Shown: one piece after another, positions 25,764 through 34,764 of the stretch | Layout of the letters: the number at the start of each line of letters is the position of its first letter | How positions within the stretch are numbered: position 1 is the first letter of the stretch | From: Puia sp. | GTDB lineage: Bacteria > Bacteroidota > Bacteroidia > Chitinophagales > Chitinophagaceae | Direction of reading: 5' to 3' | Assembly: GCF_035546395.1 (NCBI RefSeq) | Contig: NZ_DASZXR010000001.1 | Span: 34,624-98,623 of the forward strand | Length of the DNA stretch: 64,000 nucleotides | Made by a program: the position numbers and the translations under genes | Notes under the pieces: model-generated | The model's database searches: none | Told to the model about the DNA's origin: nothing | What the model saw: the letters and a program-made list of their open reading frames with translations, nothing else

Positions 25764-28700
25764 TTAGAAGCCTACCGATAAGCCAACCGACACGCTCTTG
25801 ATCTGCGGCGATACGGCGTTGTCCACGCCGAGGGCGCTGATATTCTCGGGATCGGCCCCCTTATACTTCGACCAGGTATGCAGGTTCTGCCCCTGGACAA
25901 AGGCCTTGACCGAACGGATATTCCCGTTGCTCCAGCTGAGCAGCTTGGGATCCAGCGTGTAGGACAGGATGACGTTTTGCAGCTTCAGATACTTCCCATC
26001 CTCGACGAACCGGGAGTTGCCGATATTCGACTGGCTGATATTGGCGTCCTGGCCATACATGACCTTCGGCACATCGGTGACCTGGCCGGCATGCGTCCAG
26101 CGATTGAGTATCTCTGCGCCGTTGTTCTGGAACTTCATATTGAACAGCACATCCTGCCGGGTGACATTCATGATCTTGTTGCCGCCCGAGTAACGCAACA
26201 TGAACTCCAGCCCGATGCCCTTATAGGTAAAGGAGTTGAAGATGCCGCCAAACCAGGTGGGAACGCCATTGCCAAGCTTGGTCATATCCGTCGAAGCAAG
26301 CGACGACTTCGCGCCCAGCGCACCATCGGTCTTGCTGCTGGCCGCATAGATGACACCCGCATTCGCTCCAGGCGTCAGATTTACCTGCACGAGGCTGCCA
26401 TCAGCTTTGTAGAACATTGGGTTCCCGTTCTGGGTATTGACACCCGCGGACCGGTAACCCCAGATGATATGGATCGGATCATTCACGCGGATCAGATTGT
26501 AGTTGCCGTCCGTAAGGGTCTTCGTTGGCACCCCGCCGATCGGGTAAAGATTCGTGATCTTGTTGGCTACATGAGAATAGTTGACGGAAAAATTCCAGAC
26601 AAAATCCTTGTGCTGGATAATGTTGCCGCCAAAGGACAGCTCGATCCCCCGGTTGTTGAGGGTGCCGATATTCTGCGAGATCGTGCCTCCGCTCGTGGTC
26701 GAAGTGCCGGCTGGTGTAGGGATACCCGCGGAGAGCGGAGTAGGCACCGCCAATACCAGGTTATTGATGTCATTCAGGAAATAGTCGGCGGTGAAGTTGA
26801 ACCGGTTCCTATAGATACCCAGCTCGATGCCCGCATCCCATTTCTTACTGGTCTCCCATTGCAACAGCGGGTTGCCCACGCCGGTAGCACCGAGGCCACT
26901 CACGTTGCCATAAGGCGTATTGCCGAAATTGGTCAGGTATGGAAAACCGGTAAGGGTGTTACCCACCTTAGCGTAGCTACCCTTGATCTTTGCCTCAGGG
27001 ATCCAGGTGGACAGGAAGCCGCGCCAGAACGCCTCCTGCGAAGGACGCCAGCCAACGGAAAAGCCGGGGAAGGTACCATAACGGCGGCCAGGCGCAAGCG
27101 CGCTCTGCCCATCCCGCCGGACGGACGCCTGCGCGAAATACTTGCTCCCGAAATCGTAGTTGAACCGGCCGAAGGAGGAAAGGAATCCGGTGTTCGTGTA
27201 ATTTCCTCCGATTGTCTGGATCGAGGCGGCGCCGCTGATGACGTTCTTCTGGCTATAGAAGGCGTCAGACAATTGGGATCCATTGGCGGTAAAGAATTTA
27301 TTCGTGGTCTTCTGCACGTCATAACCGCCGGTAACGGTGAAATTATGGTTCCCGGCCTTCAGGTTATAGGTGCCGTAGCTGGACCAGATCAGGTTCAGGA
27401 TATTCAGCGACTCGTTGAACGTAGACCCATTGGTGCTGAACCCGTCCCCATGAAAGGCATTCAGACCCTGGAAGGCGTAGTCCGTGTACAGATCGACACC
27501 CGCCTGCGAATGCAGCTTCAGCCCTTTCACCGGCGATACCTCGATATAGGCATTGTCGATGATCCGGTAATCGTCGCCATAGAGCCGGTCATTCCGGATG
27601 GTCCAGGCCACATTGAAGAAGTTGTCATCGATCGTCTTTCCATTGGGGCCGGCAGTCATCAGGTTGTTGGTGGGATACCCGATATTATACCCGCCATAAC
27701 CGGCCGCGCTGTACGGCGAAACATTGGGCAGCAGCCGCAGGGAAGAGGCAATCGCACCACCAAGCCCGTTGGAGCCGTTGTTCTGATCTCCATTTTCCTG
27801 CCGGGAGATCGCCAGGCTGTTCCCGATCTTTACGAACTTGTTGACCTCATAATCGATATTCGACCGGACGCGGTAGGCCCGGTTGTAATTGCTCAGGATG
27901 ATCCCGCGGTTGAAGGAATAGTTGACGGAGAAATAGTAGGCCAGCTTCTCTGCACCCCCGGACACCGAAAGAGTCTGGCTGGTCGCGCCCGCATTCTTGA
28001 GCATCACCTGGTTCTGCCAGTCAGTATTGGAAGTATCGGCTGCAGCGTTGGTCCCTGCCTGCGGCGCAAGACCGGCATTAGCCAGTTTTTCATTGGCGAT
28101 CGTCTCGAATTGCCACTTGTTCAGCAGGCTGAACTTCTTCAACGGGTTGCTCCAACCCATCGTTCCATCATAGCTGATCCTCGCTTTGCCCCGGGTCCCT
28201 TTCTTAGTCGTGATCACGACGACCCCCGCAGCCGCGCGGGAACCATAGATCGCCGTTGCCGATCCGTCCTTCAGGATATCCATGCTCTCGATATCGGCCG
28301 GGTTGATATCCCCGAGCAAGTTGGAGTTCGTCGTCCCCGCCAGGTTACCCGTCGTAATGGGTATCCCATCCACGACGATCAATGGGTCATTATTCCCGGA
28401 AATGGATGCAGTACCCCGGATACGGATCGTAGCCGGCGTATTGACAAGACCACCGGCGTTCGTCACCTGCACCCCAGGTGCACGACCCGCCAACTGCTTG
28501 TCAAAGGAAACCGCCAGCTGCGAAGAGAACTTGGAGGCGTCGACCTTTGCCGCCGAACCTGTAAACGCTATCCGCTGCTGCGTTCCATAACCGACTACCA
28601 CCACGTCCTGCAGACTCTTATCGGAGGCCGTCAGCGTAGCCTTTATCGTTTCCTTATTCACGATGTCGAATTCCATCGGCGCATACCCGACGCCGGAAAT

Positions 28701-28925
28701 GACGAGTACTTTCGCAGTTGCCGGGACTTTCAGCGTAAAGCTGCCGTCCGGTCCCGTAGTGGTGCCGCTACGCGTTCCCTTCGCCACAACCGATACGTTG
28801 GCGATAGGATTCTCTGCGGCATCCGTCACCTTACCGGTGATGGTTCGGGTCTGCGCCATGACCTGGCAGGTCAGTGTCAGCAAACCCAGGAGAACAAACC
28901 ATTTGATCTCGAGTAGTTTTCTCAT
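25764..28925 (-). CDS. susC: SusC/RagA-family TonB-dependent transporter
   Basis: Start trimmed to MRKLLEIKW. LQDVVVVGYG, PLIVVDGIP, INPADIESMDILKDGSATAIYGSRAAAGVVVITTKKG, NPLLQWET, terminal GLSVGF. Confidence 0.96.
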   Translation of the reverse strand: MRKLLEIKWFVLLGLLTLTCQVMAQTRTITGKVTDAAENPIANVSVVAKGTRSGTTTGPDGSFTLKVPATAKVLVISGVGYAPMEFDIVNKETIKATLTASDKSLQDVVVVGYGTQQRIAFTGSAAKVDASKFSSQLAVSFDKQLAGRAPGVQVTNAGGLVNTPATIRIRGTASISGNNDPLIVVDGIPITTGNLAGTTNSNLLGDINPADIESMDILKDGSATAIYGSRAAAGVVVITTKKGTRGKARISYDGTMGWSNPLKKFSLLNKWQFETIANEKLANAGLAPQAGTNAAADTSNTDWQNQVMLKNAGATSQTLSVSGGAEKLAYYFSVNYSFNRGIILSNYNRAYRVRSNIDYEVNKFVKIGNSLAISRQENGDQNNGSNGLGGAIASSLRLLPNVSPYSAAGYGGYNIGYPTNNLMTAGPNGKTIDDNFFNVAWTIRNDRLYGDDYRIIDNAYIEVSPVKGLKLHSQAGVDLYTDYAFQGLNAFHGDGFSTNGSTFNESLNILNLIWSSYGTYNLKAGNHNFTVTGGYDVQKTTNKFFTANGSQLSDAFYSQKNVISGAASIQTIGGNYTNTGFLSSFGRFNYDFGSKYFAQASVRRDGQSALAPGRRYGTFPGFSVGWRPSQEAFWRGFLSTWIPEAKIKGSYAKVGNTLTGFPYLTNFGNTPYGNVSGLGATGVGNPLLQWETSKKWDAGIELGIYRNRFNFTADYFLNDINNLVLAVPTPLSAGIPTPAGTSTTSGGTISQNIGTLNNRGIELSFGGNIIQHKDFVWNFSVNYSHVANKITNLYPIGGVPTKTLTDGNYNLIRVNDPIHIIWGYRSAGVNTQNGNPMFYKADGSLVQVNLTPGANAGVIYAASSKTDGALGAKSSLASTDMTKLGNGVPTWFGGIFNSFTYKGIGLEFMLRYSGGNKIMNVTRQDVLFNMKFQNNGAEILNRWTHAGQVTDVPKVMYGQDANISQSNIGNSRFVEDGKYLKLQNVILSYTLDPKLLSWSNGNIRSVKAFVQGQNLHTWSKYKGADPENISALGVDNAVSPQIKSVSVGLSVGF

Positions 28926-29048
28926 AATTGAAGTTGTTTTGGTAAAAGGCAATAAAAAAAGGCAATGAGCCCCCTGGTCCCCCGGGGGACACGCATGGTA
29001 AATGAGATTTATCGCTGACTCAACTCAGCGGTGATTGATATGGAGTGA

Positions 29049-29111
29049 TTAAATGGGAGGGGAGTGGTTGGACGCAACAGGCCGATGGCCGGTGCGGTTG
29101 GCATTTTTCAT
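29049..29111 (-). other. Candidate 20-codon leader ORF in the susC 5' region
   Basis: Manual translation MKNANRTGHRPVASNHSPPI*, with A-rich upstream context, between the -7 box and susC. Confidence 0.35.
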
Positions 29112-29170
29112 TGTGTGTAGTAGTTTTGGTTGTTGCAGTGATCAGTTAGCGTACGATAACCACCGATTAA

Positions 29171-29178
29171 CAAATATA
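29171..29178 (-). promoter_or_regulatory. Bacteroidota -7 element for susC
   Basis: Reverse complement of CAAATATA is TATATTTG (TAnnTTTG), about 245 nt upstream of the susC start. Confidence 0.55.
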
Positions 29179-29212
29179 TCGGTTTCTTCTTTTCGAAAAA
29201 AGAAATTTTAGC

Positions 29213-29250
29213 AAAAAAGCTCCCAGCTGGTACCATCCTGCTGGGAGCTT
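29213..29250 (-). terminator. Intrinsic terminator of the DUF1223 gene
   Basis: Stem AAGCTCCCAGC (29217-29227)/GCTGGGAGCTT (29240-29250), then T-run on the minus strand. Confidence 0.75.
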
Positions 29251-29276
29251 GCACTAACGGTCAGTAATAAAGTCAC

Positions 29277-30047
29277 TTAGGGCGCAACAGCCGACCGGGT
29301 CGCCGCCACGATCTTGCCATTTTGAGCATCCTGCAGAAACGCGATCAGCTCCCCGCCGGATGCGCTCACGCCCTCCGGAAAGTCCAGCCGCCCCGCCGCA
29401 TCGCCCTTTCCGTTCAACGCCACCCGGTCAAATCCGCGGACGATCTGCACATGAGACAGCGTCTTACCTCCATTCTCGCCCGATAACACACGGGTGCTGG
29501 CATCGTGTTCCACTACGGCTACCACCAGCCGCAAATTACCTCCGGCCCCTGCCCCATTCGCATGTGCCTGCCAGCCGAGCTTTCCCCCGCTGAGACGCAC
29601 ATCGCTAAGCGTTAATTGTGCTGCCGGTGCTGCCTCTAATCCGTTACTGATCGCCCGGCGCAGCGCCCCGGCATCTGAACCGACAAACTCCTTCTGCCCG
29701 TTGACGACCACCTGCGGCGTATAGATCGAAGAAAGATGGAGCCATTCGGCATATTCCTTCTGCCGTTCGGAATACCTGGCATCGCTGAATGCATCCTTCC
29801 ATCCCAACCGGTCCCAATAATCCACATGGAAGGCCAGCACATACACCGGCAGATCCTTATCCTGCTTCTGCACTGCGGCTACCAGCGCATCCGCCGGCGG
29901 ACAACTGCTGCATCCTTCGGACGTGAACAGCTCCACCACCGCAAAGCCCTTCGCAGGTTCCACGTCGCGCTCCTTGAATCCCAGAACAACCCCAACAAGC
30001 ACAGCCACTCCGGCTAATCCCGCCGCAATCGACATTTTTGTATTCAT
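29277..30047 (-). CDS. DUF1223 thioredoxin-like secreted protein
   Basis: VVELFTSEGCSSCPPAD, LAFHVDYWDRLGWKD, IYTPQVVVNG, ENGGKTLSH. Confidence 0.92.
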   Translation of the reverse strand: MNTKMSIAAGLAGVAVLVGVVLGFKERDVEPAKGFAVVELFTSEGCSSCPPADALVAAVQKQDKDLPVYVLAFHVDYWDRLGWKDAFSDARYSERQKEYAEWLHLSSIYTPQVVVNGQKEFVGSDAGALRRAISNGLEAAPAAQLTLSDVRLSGGKLGWQAHANGAGAGGNLRLVVAVVEHDASTRVLSGENGGKTLSHVQIVRGFDRVALNGKGDAAGRLDFPEGVSASGGELIAFLQDAQNGKIVAATRSAVAP

Positions 30048-30177
30048 AATCCCGCTATTTTAACAGCAAAATTCGGGATTGCCGCAGCAGCCCGCTGTTA
30101 AGAATTATCACATTTTTGTACCTTTTTCGTGTCCGGGCACGGCTTTCGCAGCACAGAACAAGATAAAACCTCATTTT

Positions 30178-30579
30178 ATGCTCGTCTTCACAAACGTATT
30201 CAGCAGCTATTCGGTCAACGACCTTGAAAAGGCGAAGAAATTCTACGAGGGAACATTGGGCTTCCCGGTGACCCAAACCCCCGAAGGGCTCAACGTCCAG
30301 GTCACAAAGGATTACAGCGTCTTCCTTTACCCAAAACCGAACCACCAGCCTGCCACTTTTACAGTACTCAATCTGAAAGTAATCAGCGTGGACGCCGCCG
30401 TCGATGCACTCGTCACCGCCGGGGTAAAATTCGAACACTATAATGAAGGTGAACTAAAGACAGACGAAAAAGGGATCATGCGCGGCGGTCCGGGAAAAGG
30501 CCCCACCATCGCCTGGTTTACCGATCCTTCGGGAAATATCCTCTCGGTCGTGGAAAATCCGCCCGTCCGGAACGGTTAA
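30178..30579 (+). CDS. VOC/glyoxalase family protein
   Basis: Start trimmed to MLVFTN. FSSYSVNDLEKAKKFY, YPKPNHQPATFTVLN, IAWFTDPSGNILSV. Confidence 0.9.
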   Translation: MLVFTNVFSSYSVNDLEKAKKFYEGTLGFPVTQTPEGLNVQVTKDYSVFLYPKPNHQPATFTVLNLKVISVDAAVDALVTAGVKFEHYNEGELKTDEKGIMRGGPGKGPTIAWFTDPSGNILSVVENPPVRNG

Positions 30580-31631
30580 AATACAAGGAGGGGGTGTTGC
30601 CCTGCTGTGTTCAGGTCCCGCCACACCCGGTTGATCTCTGTATGGTACCCCGCGGCGCCCAACCCCGCGTAAGGATACAGCGTATTCACCCATTCGCGGA
30701 CTTTCGCGACCATTTCATGACTGACCCTGCCCACCGCCGAATACAAGTCAGGTGATCGCTCCTCCCAGCTCCGATCCACCACCCGGTAGAATTCCGCGCG
30801 TAGCGCACCCAGCTCCGCACGTGCCCGGGCCAGCATCGCAACCGCTTCGGGCATGGGCCGCCGGTCAAAATAGGTCGAACAACAATCCACGAAATGCTGC
30901 GCCATCCCGGAAATATTTGCCGCCAGCGTCACCTCTGCCAACGGCAAAAAAGGATATTGATAAAGCGGGTCTGCATCCACAGCCGCCGACGGCTCGATCG
31001 CGAACATCCGATCCGCCGGAAGGATCAATTCCTTCACCGAAAATCCATAGCTCTCTGTCGCCACAAGCCCCATCGCATCCCAGTCGTCCCGCACCTTCAC
31101 CTCTCCCGGGAAAAAAAGCATCGGCCGGACCATGGGGCTGCCATCCTCGTCAATAACAGGAGAGCCATCCTGCCAAAGCACACAATTGGCGGTATAGGCC
31201 GTAGCAAACGGGACTCCCGACGCATAGGCCCAGCTCCCGCTCACCCAATAGTTCCCATCAACCAAATGCGCTTCCCCCGTCGCCGACCCGCTCCCGGCAA
31301 TGCATAACTGCCAATGGCTGAGCAGGTCATCATACACCCCTGCGGGCAAAAAACCACCAAACCACCCTGCCCCGCTACAAAGGGTCACTACCCAGCCCAA
31401 CGAGCCGTCTGCATAGGCCAACCCCTCTTCCAATCTTACCACCTGTGGCAGCGGCATCGCCTTTCCTCCCAGGCGCTTGGGCGCCATCATCTTAAACCAG
31501 CCCTCGTAGTAAACAAGATCGATCACTTCCTCGATCAGATGCCCCTGCACCTCGGCCGAACCCGCATGCGAGCCGATCAGCTCAAGCGCGCCATCGGGCA
31601 AAAAGCTCCCAGGTGATGGCAACAAAATCAT
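30576..31631 (-). CDS. Acyl-CoA dehydrogenase-fold flavin-dependent monooxygenase (HsaA/NcnH-like)
   Basis: WFKMMAPKRLGG, ADGSLGWVVTL, VSGSWAYASG, DWDAMGLVATESYGFSV, INRVWRDLNTAGQH. Confidence 0.85.
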   Translation of the reverse strand: MILLPSPGSFLPDGALELIGSHAGSAEVQGHLIEEVIDLVYYEGWFKMMAPKRLGGKAMPLPQVVRLEEGLAYADGSLGWVVTLCSGAGWFGGFLPAGVYDDLLSHWQLCIAGSGSATGEAHLVDGNYWVSGSWAYASGVPFATAYTANCVLWQDGSPVIDEDGSPMVRPMLFFPGEVKVRDDWDAMGLVATESYGFSVKELILPADRMFAIEPSAAVDADPLYQYPFLPLAEVTLAANISGMAQHFVDCCSTYFDRRPMPEAVAMLARARAELGALRAEFYRVVDRSWEERSPDLYSAVGRVSHEMVAKVREWVNTLYPYAGLGAAGYHTEINRVWRDLNTAGQHPLLVF

Positions 31632-32209
31632 ATCGTCTGTGCTTTAAATCGTTTGGCCCACTCAAAATAGCCGATACATGCCACCACGAACAAAATGATG
31701 GTCAGCCCCGCGTACAGCGGCAGCTGCTTATAGAACAATAAAGGGATCGCAAATAAATTCGAAATATTCAGCAACACCCAGTTCTCGATCTTTCGTCGCG
31801 CCAGCAACCATGTGCCGGCCCAGGCCGTGGCACTGACCCACGCATCCCAGGCCGGGACAGGAGAATCGGTAAATCGCTTTAGGATCAGGTATTGAAGGAG
31901 GAATCCACCGATCACGATCACCGCCGAGATGCCCCATTCGGACCGGCTCGTCCGGCCGATCGGCAAGGGCGGCTCATTCCGCCGCTTATGCCAGTGCCAC
32001 CACCCATATACGCTCATTACAAAATAATACCCGTTGAGCACCGACTCGGCATACAGCTTCGATTTCGCGAAGATATAGATCGTCAGCACCGTGCTGAGTA
32101 TCCCCGCCGGGTACAACAGGATATTGTTCTTCCACGCCAGCAACACCTCCGCTACGCCGAAGATAACGGCCACCCATTGAAGGATTTCCAACACCCGTTG
32201 TAGTTCCAT
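31628..32209 (-). CDS. pnuC: PnuC-family vitamin/nucleoside transporter
   Basis: YPAGILST, KLYAESVLNGYYFVMSVYGWWHW, WDAWVSATAWAGTWLLARRKIENWVL; ATGA overlap with the next gene. Confidence 0.92.
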   Translation of the reverse strand: MELQRVLEILQWVAVIFGVAEVLLAWKNNILLYPAGILSTVLTIYIFAKSKLYAESVLNGYYFVMSVYGWWHWHKRRNEPPLPIGRTSRSEWGISAVIVIGGFLLQYLILKRFTDSPVPAWDAWVSATAWAGTWLLARRKIENWVLLNISNLFAIPLLFYKQLPLYAGLTIILFVVACIGYFEWAKRFKAQTI

Positions 32210-32242
32210 AGCGGGCGAAGATACAGAAAGTCGCCATTCGCT

Positions 32243-32255
32243 CCGCCAGAGGCGG
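32243..32255. repeat. Intergenic mini-hairpin CCGCC-AGA-GGCGG
   Basis: Exact reverse complement of CCGCCTCTGGCGG at 56289-56301; a related CCGCCTTCTGGCGG lies at 62626-62639. Confidence 0.4.
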
Positions 32256-32261
32256 TGCGGG

Positions 32262-34691
32262 CTACTCAGAACGCAGCGCGCCGACCGGATTCATCAACCC
32301 CGCCCGCACCGCCTGCCAGCTCACCGTAAACAAGGTGATCACCAACGCCCCCACACTCGCCGCCGCAAAGATCCACCACGACATCGGCGCCCGGTACTCA
32401 TACTGCTGCAACCATTGATGCAGGAAATAATAAGCAATGGGGATCGCGATCCCACAGGAGATCACCACCAGCACCACAAAATCCTTCGACAACATCCTCC
32501 AAACATGGAACAGCGAAGCACCCAGCACCTTCCGCACCCCGATCTCCTTGGTCCGTTGTTCGGCCACAAAGGAAGCGAGTCCAAAAAGTCCCAGGCAGCT
32601 GATAAAGATCGCCAGCACCGCAAAAACGGTCGCCAAACTCCCGATCCGCTTCTCATCATCGAATTTCTTGGCATAGTCCTCATCGACGAACTTGTACTCA
32701 AACCCACTCCCGGGATTGTATCGCTTGAAGACGGGTTCTATCGCCGCCAATGCCGCACTCGTCGTCATTCGCGGGTTCAGCCGGACCGTGATATTGTTTG
32801 TCCAGCTGTAATCGAGGAAGAAGATGGTCGGCTTGATGGGCTGATAAGGCGACTCCATCACCATATCCTTCACCACTCCGACCACGGTATGGGGCTGGTC
32901 GTTCCACTGGAAGATCTCGCCCACCACATGCTTCAGTCCCGTGAGCTTGACGGCCGCTTCGTTGAGTATCAGCGCCCCACCATACTGGATCACCGAATCG
33001 GGCCGTCCGGCGACATTGGCACTCACCTTCGCCCCGCTATCCGTGACGAACTGCCGCGAATAGTCCCGCCCTTCCAGGATGTTCCAGCGCAGGGTGCGGC
33101 CGTAGTCATGCGTACAGGCCACGATTCCGAACAAGGGAGTGGTATTCGGGTCCTTCCCCTTCCAGTTGAATCCTATTTGATTGGAATAGATCGCCGTCGC
33201 CGGGCTCGATGACTCACACATGTCCACGACGGCCCCTGTCCTCAGCAGGTCTCCCCGCAACGCATCATAGTGGCCGGCTATCTCCGGCGTGTTCATGTCG
33301 ATCGTGATCAATCCCTCCGGGCTATAGCCCACCGGCCGGCTTCGGGCATAGTTGATCTGTTCGAAGACGAGGATAGTTCCGATGATGAGCGCCACCGAAA
33401 CGGTGAATTGGATCACGACAAGCACCTTCCGCGGCAGGGAAGCATACCTCCCCACCCGGAACGTCCCTTTCAGCACGCGGATCGGCTCAAAACCCGAAAG
33501 GTAAAAAGCGGGATAGCTCCCAGCCACCAGCCCGGTAAATACAGTGAACCCAACTACCAGCAACCAGAACAGCGGCTGCGCCCAGGGCAGATGCATATCC
33601 TTGTCGGACAGGATATTGAAGAAAGGCAGCGAGATCAGGACCCAAACGATGGCCAGCACAAGCGCTAGGAGAGCGACTACCAGTGACTCGCACAGGAACT
33701 GCCCGATCAGCTGTTGCCGCAAAGAACCCACCGTCTTCCGTATCCCCACTTCCTTTGCCCGTTTTTCGCTCCTTGCCGTAGACAGGTTCATGAAATTGAT
33801 ACAGGCAAGCAACAACACAAAGACCCCAATGATGCCGAATAGCCAGACAAACCGGATCCGCCCGCCGGACACCTGGCCGTTCTTAAAGTCGCTGTACAAA
33901 TGAAAATTGTCCATCGGCTGCAGCACCAGGTGCTCGTCCCCATCCTTATTATGAGGTTTGGGCAGGTCCTTTATCTTGGCCGTTACGATTGCAGCCGTGG
34001 TATTGGGCGCCAGCAGGGCAAAACATTGCCAGGAATGGTTGCCCCAGTTGGATTCGTTCCTTTTCAACCACTCGGCCTGGATCTGGTATTGGCTCCAGCC
34101 CATATAGAATTTGGAGGTATAAAAATTGGAATTGCGGGGCGGGTCCTGGAAAACGCCCGCCACCTTCATATCCACCCTGTTGTCGATCCGGATCACTTTT
34201 CCCATAACATCCTCCGTACCGAACAGGCTCCTTGCCATGGTCTGGCTCAGTATCAGCGAGCTCGGGTCGGCAAGGTCTTTCCCCCGGCCGCTCATCATGC
34301 GCATCGGCAGGATCTCGGTAAAAGCCGGCTGCACATACATGCCGCTCGCAGTGATCTTCTTGTCGCCGACGGCGAGGATATGCTCGAAGTTCCAGCTGGC
34401 AAGGGCTACTTTGGGCAGGTCGGCCCCCCATTTGTTCTCCAGTTCATACGCGGCAGCCAGGCTCACCGCGTCACCCGTCCCGGTATTCCCGTTGAAGGTT
34501 TGGGTCGTCATCAACTGCACCACCCGCGCATGGTTGGGGTAATAATGGTCAAAGGACACCTCATCCCAGATCCATAAGCCTATGAGTAAGGCTACGGCCA
34601 TCCCGATGGACAGCCCGAGGGTATTGATCAGGGAATACCATTTACTCTTGAGCAGGGTTCGCCAGGCGATGACAAAGTAATTTCTGAACAT
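32262..34691 (-). CDS. ABC transporter permease, MacB/FtsX-type
   Basis: Start trimmed to MFRNYFVIAWRTL. INFMNLSTARSEKRAKEVGIRK, QRTKEIGVRKVLGAS, NPVGALRSE. Confidence 0.93.
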   Translation of the reverse strand: MFRNYFVIAWRTLLKSKWYSLINTLGLSIGMAVALLIGLWIWDEVSFDHYYPNHARVVQLMTTQTFNGNTGTGDAVSLAAAYELENKWGADLPKVALASWNFEHILAVGDKKITASGMYVQPAFTEILPMRMMSGRGKDLADPSSLILSQTMARSLFGTEDVMGKVIRIDNRVDMKVAGVFQDPPRNSNFYTSKFYMGWSQYQIQAEWLKRNESNWGNHSWQCFALLAPNTTAAIVTAKIKDLPKPHNKDGDEHLVLQPMDNFHLYSDFKNGQVSGGRIRFVWLFGIIGVFVLLLACINFMNLSTARSEKRAKEVGIRKTVGSLRQQLIGQFLCESLVVALLALVLAIVWVLISLPFFNILSDKDMHLPWAQPLFWLLVVGFTVFTGLVAGSYPAFYLSGFEPIRVLKGTFRVGRYASLPRKVLVVIQFTVSVALIIGTILVFEQINYARSRPVGYSPEGLITIDMNTPEIAGHYDALRGDLLRTGAVVDMCESSSPATAIYSNQIGFNWKGKDPNTTPLFGIVACTHDYGRTLRWNILEGRDYSRQFVTDSGAKVSANVAGRPDSVIQYGGALILNEAAVKLTGLKHVVGEIFQWNDQPHTVVGVVKDMVMESPYQPIKPTIFFLDYSWTNNITVRLNPRMTTSAALAAIEPVFKRYNPGSGFEYKFVDEDYAKKFDDEKRIGSLATVFAVLAIFISCLGLFGLASFVAEQRTKEIGVRKVLGASLFHVWRMLSKDFVVLVVISCGIAIPIAYYFLHQWLQQYEYRAPMSWWIFAAASVGALVITLFTVSWQAVRAGLMNPVGALRSE

Positions 34692-34764
34692 ATTGACCGG
34701 TTTGCCATAAGGGTCGTACGCACCCGTATAAATGTTGCATCGGAAATATTCCTTAATTTGAGGA

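Noticed and set aside
25878-28916. 1012-aa ORF on the + strand opposite susC (likewise 4587-6149, 24377-25606, 41241-42794, 50721-52694)
   Set aside because: Antisense shadows of GC-rich genes with strong codon bias; no recognisable motifs, while the opposite strand has clear family signatures.
32210-32261. Riboswitch (TPP/FMN) upstream of pnuC
   Set aside because: Only 52 nt of intergenic space and no aptamer consensus.
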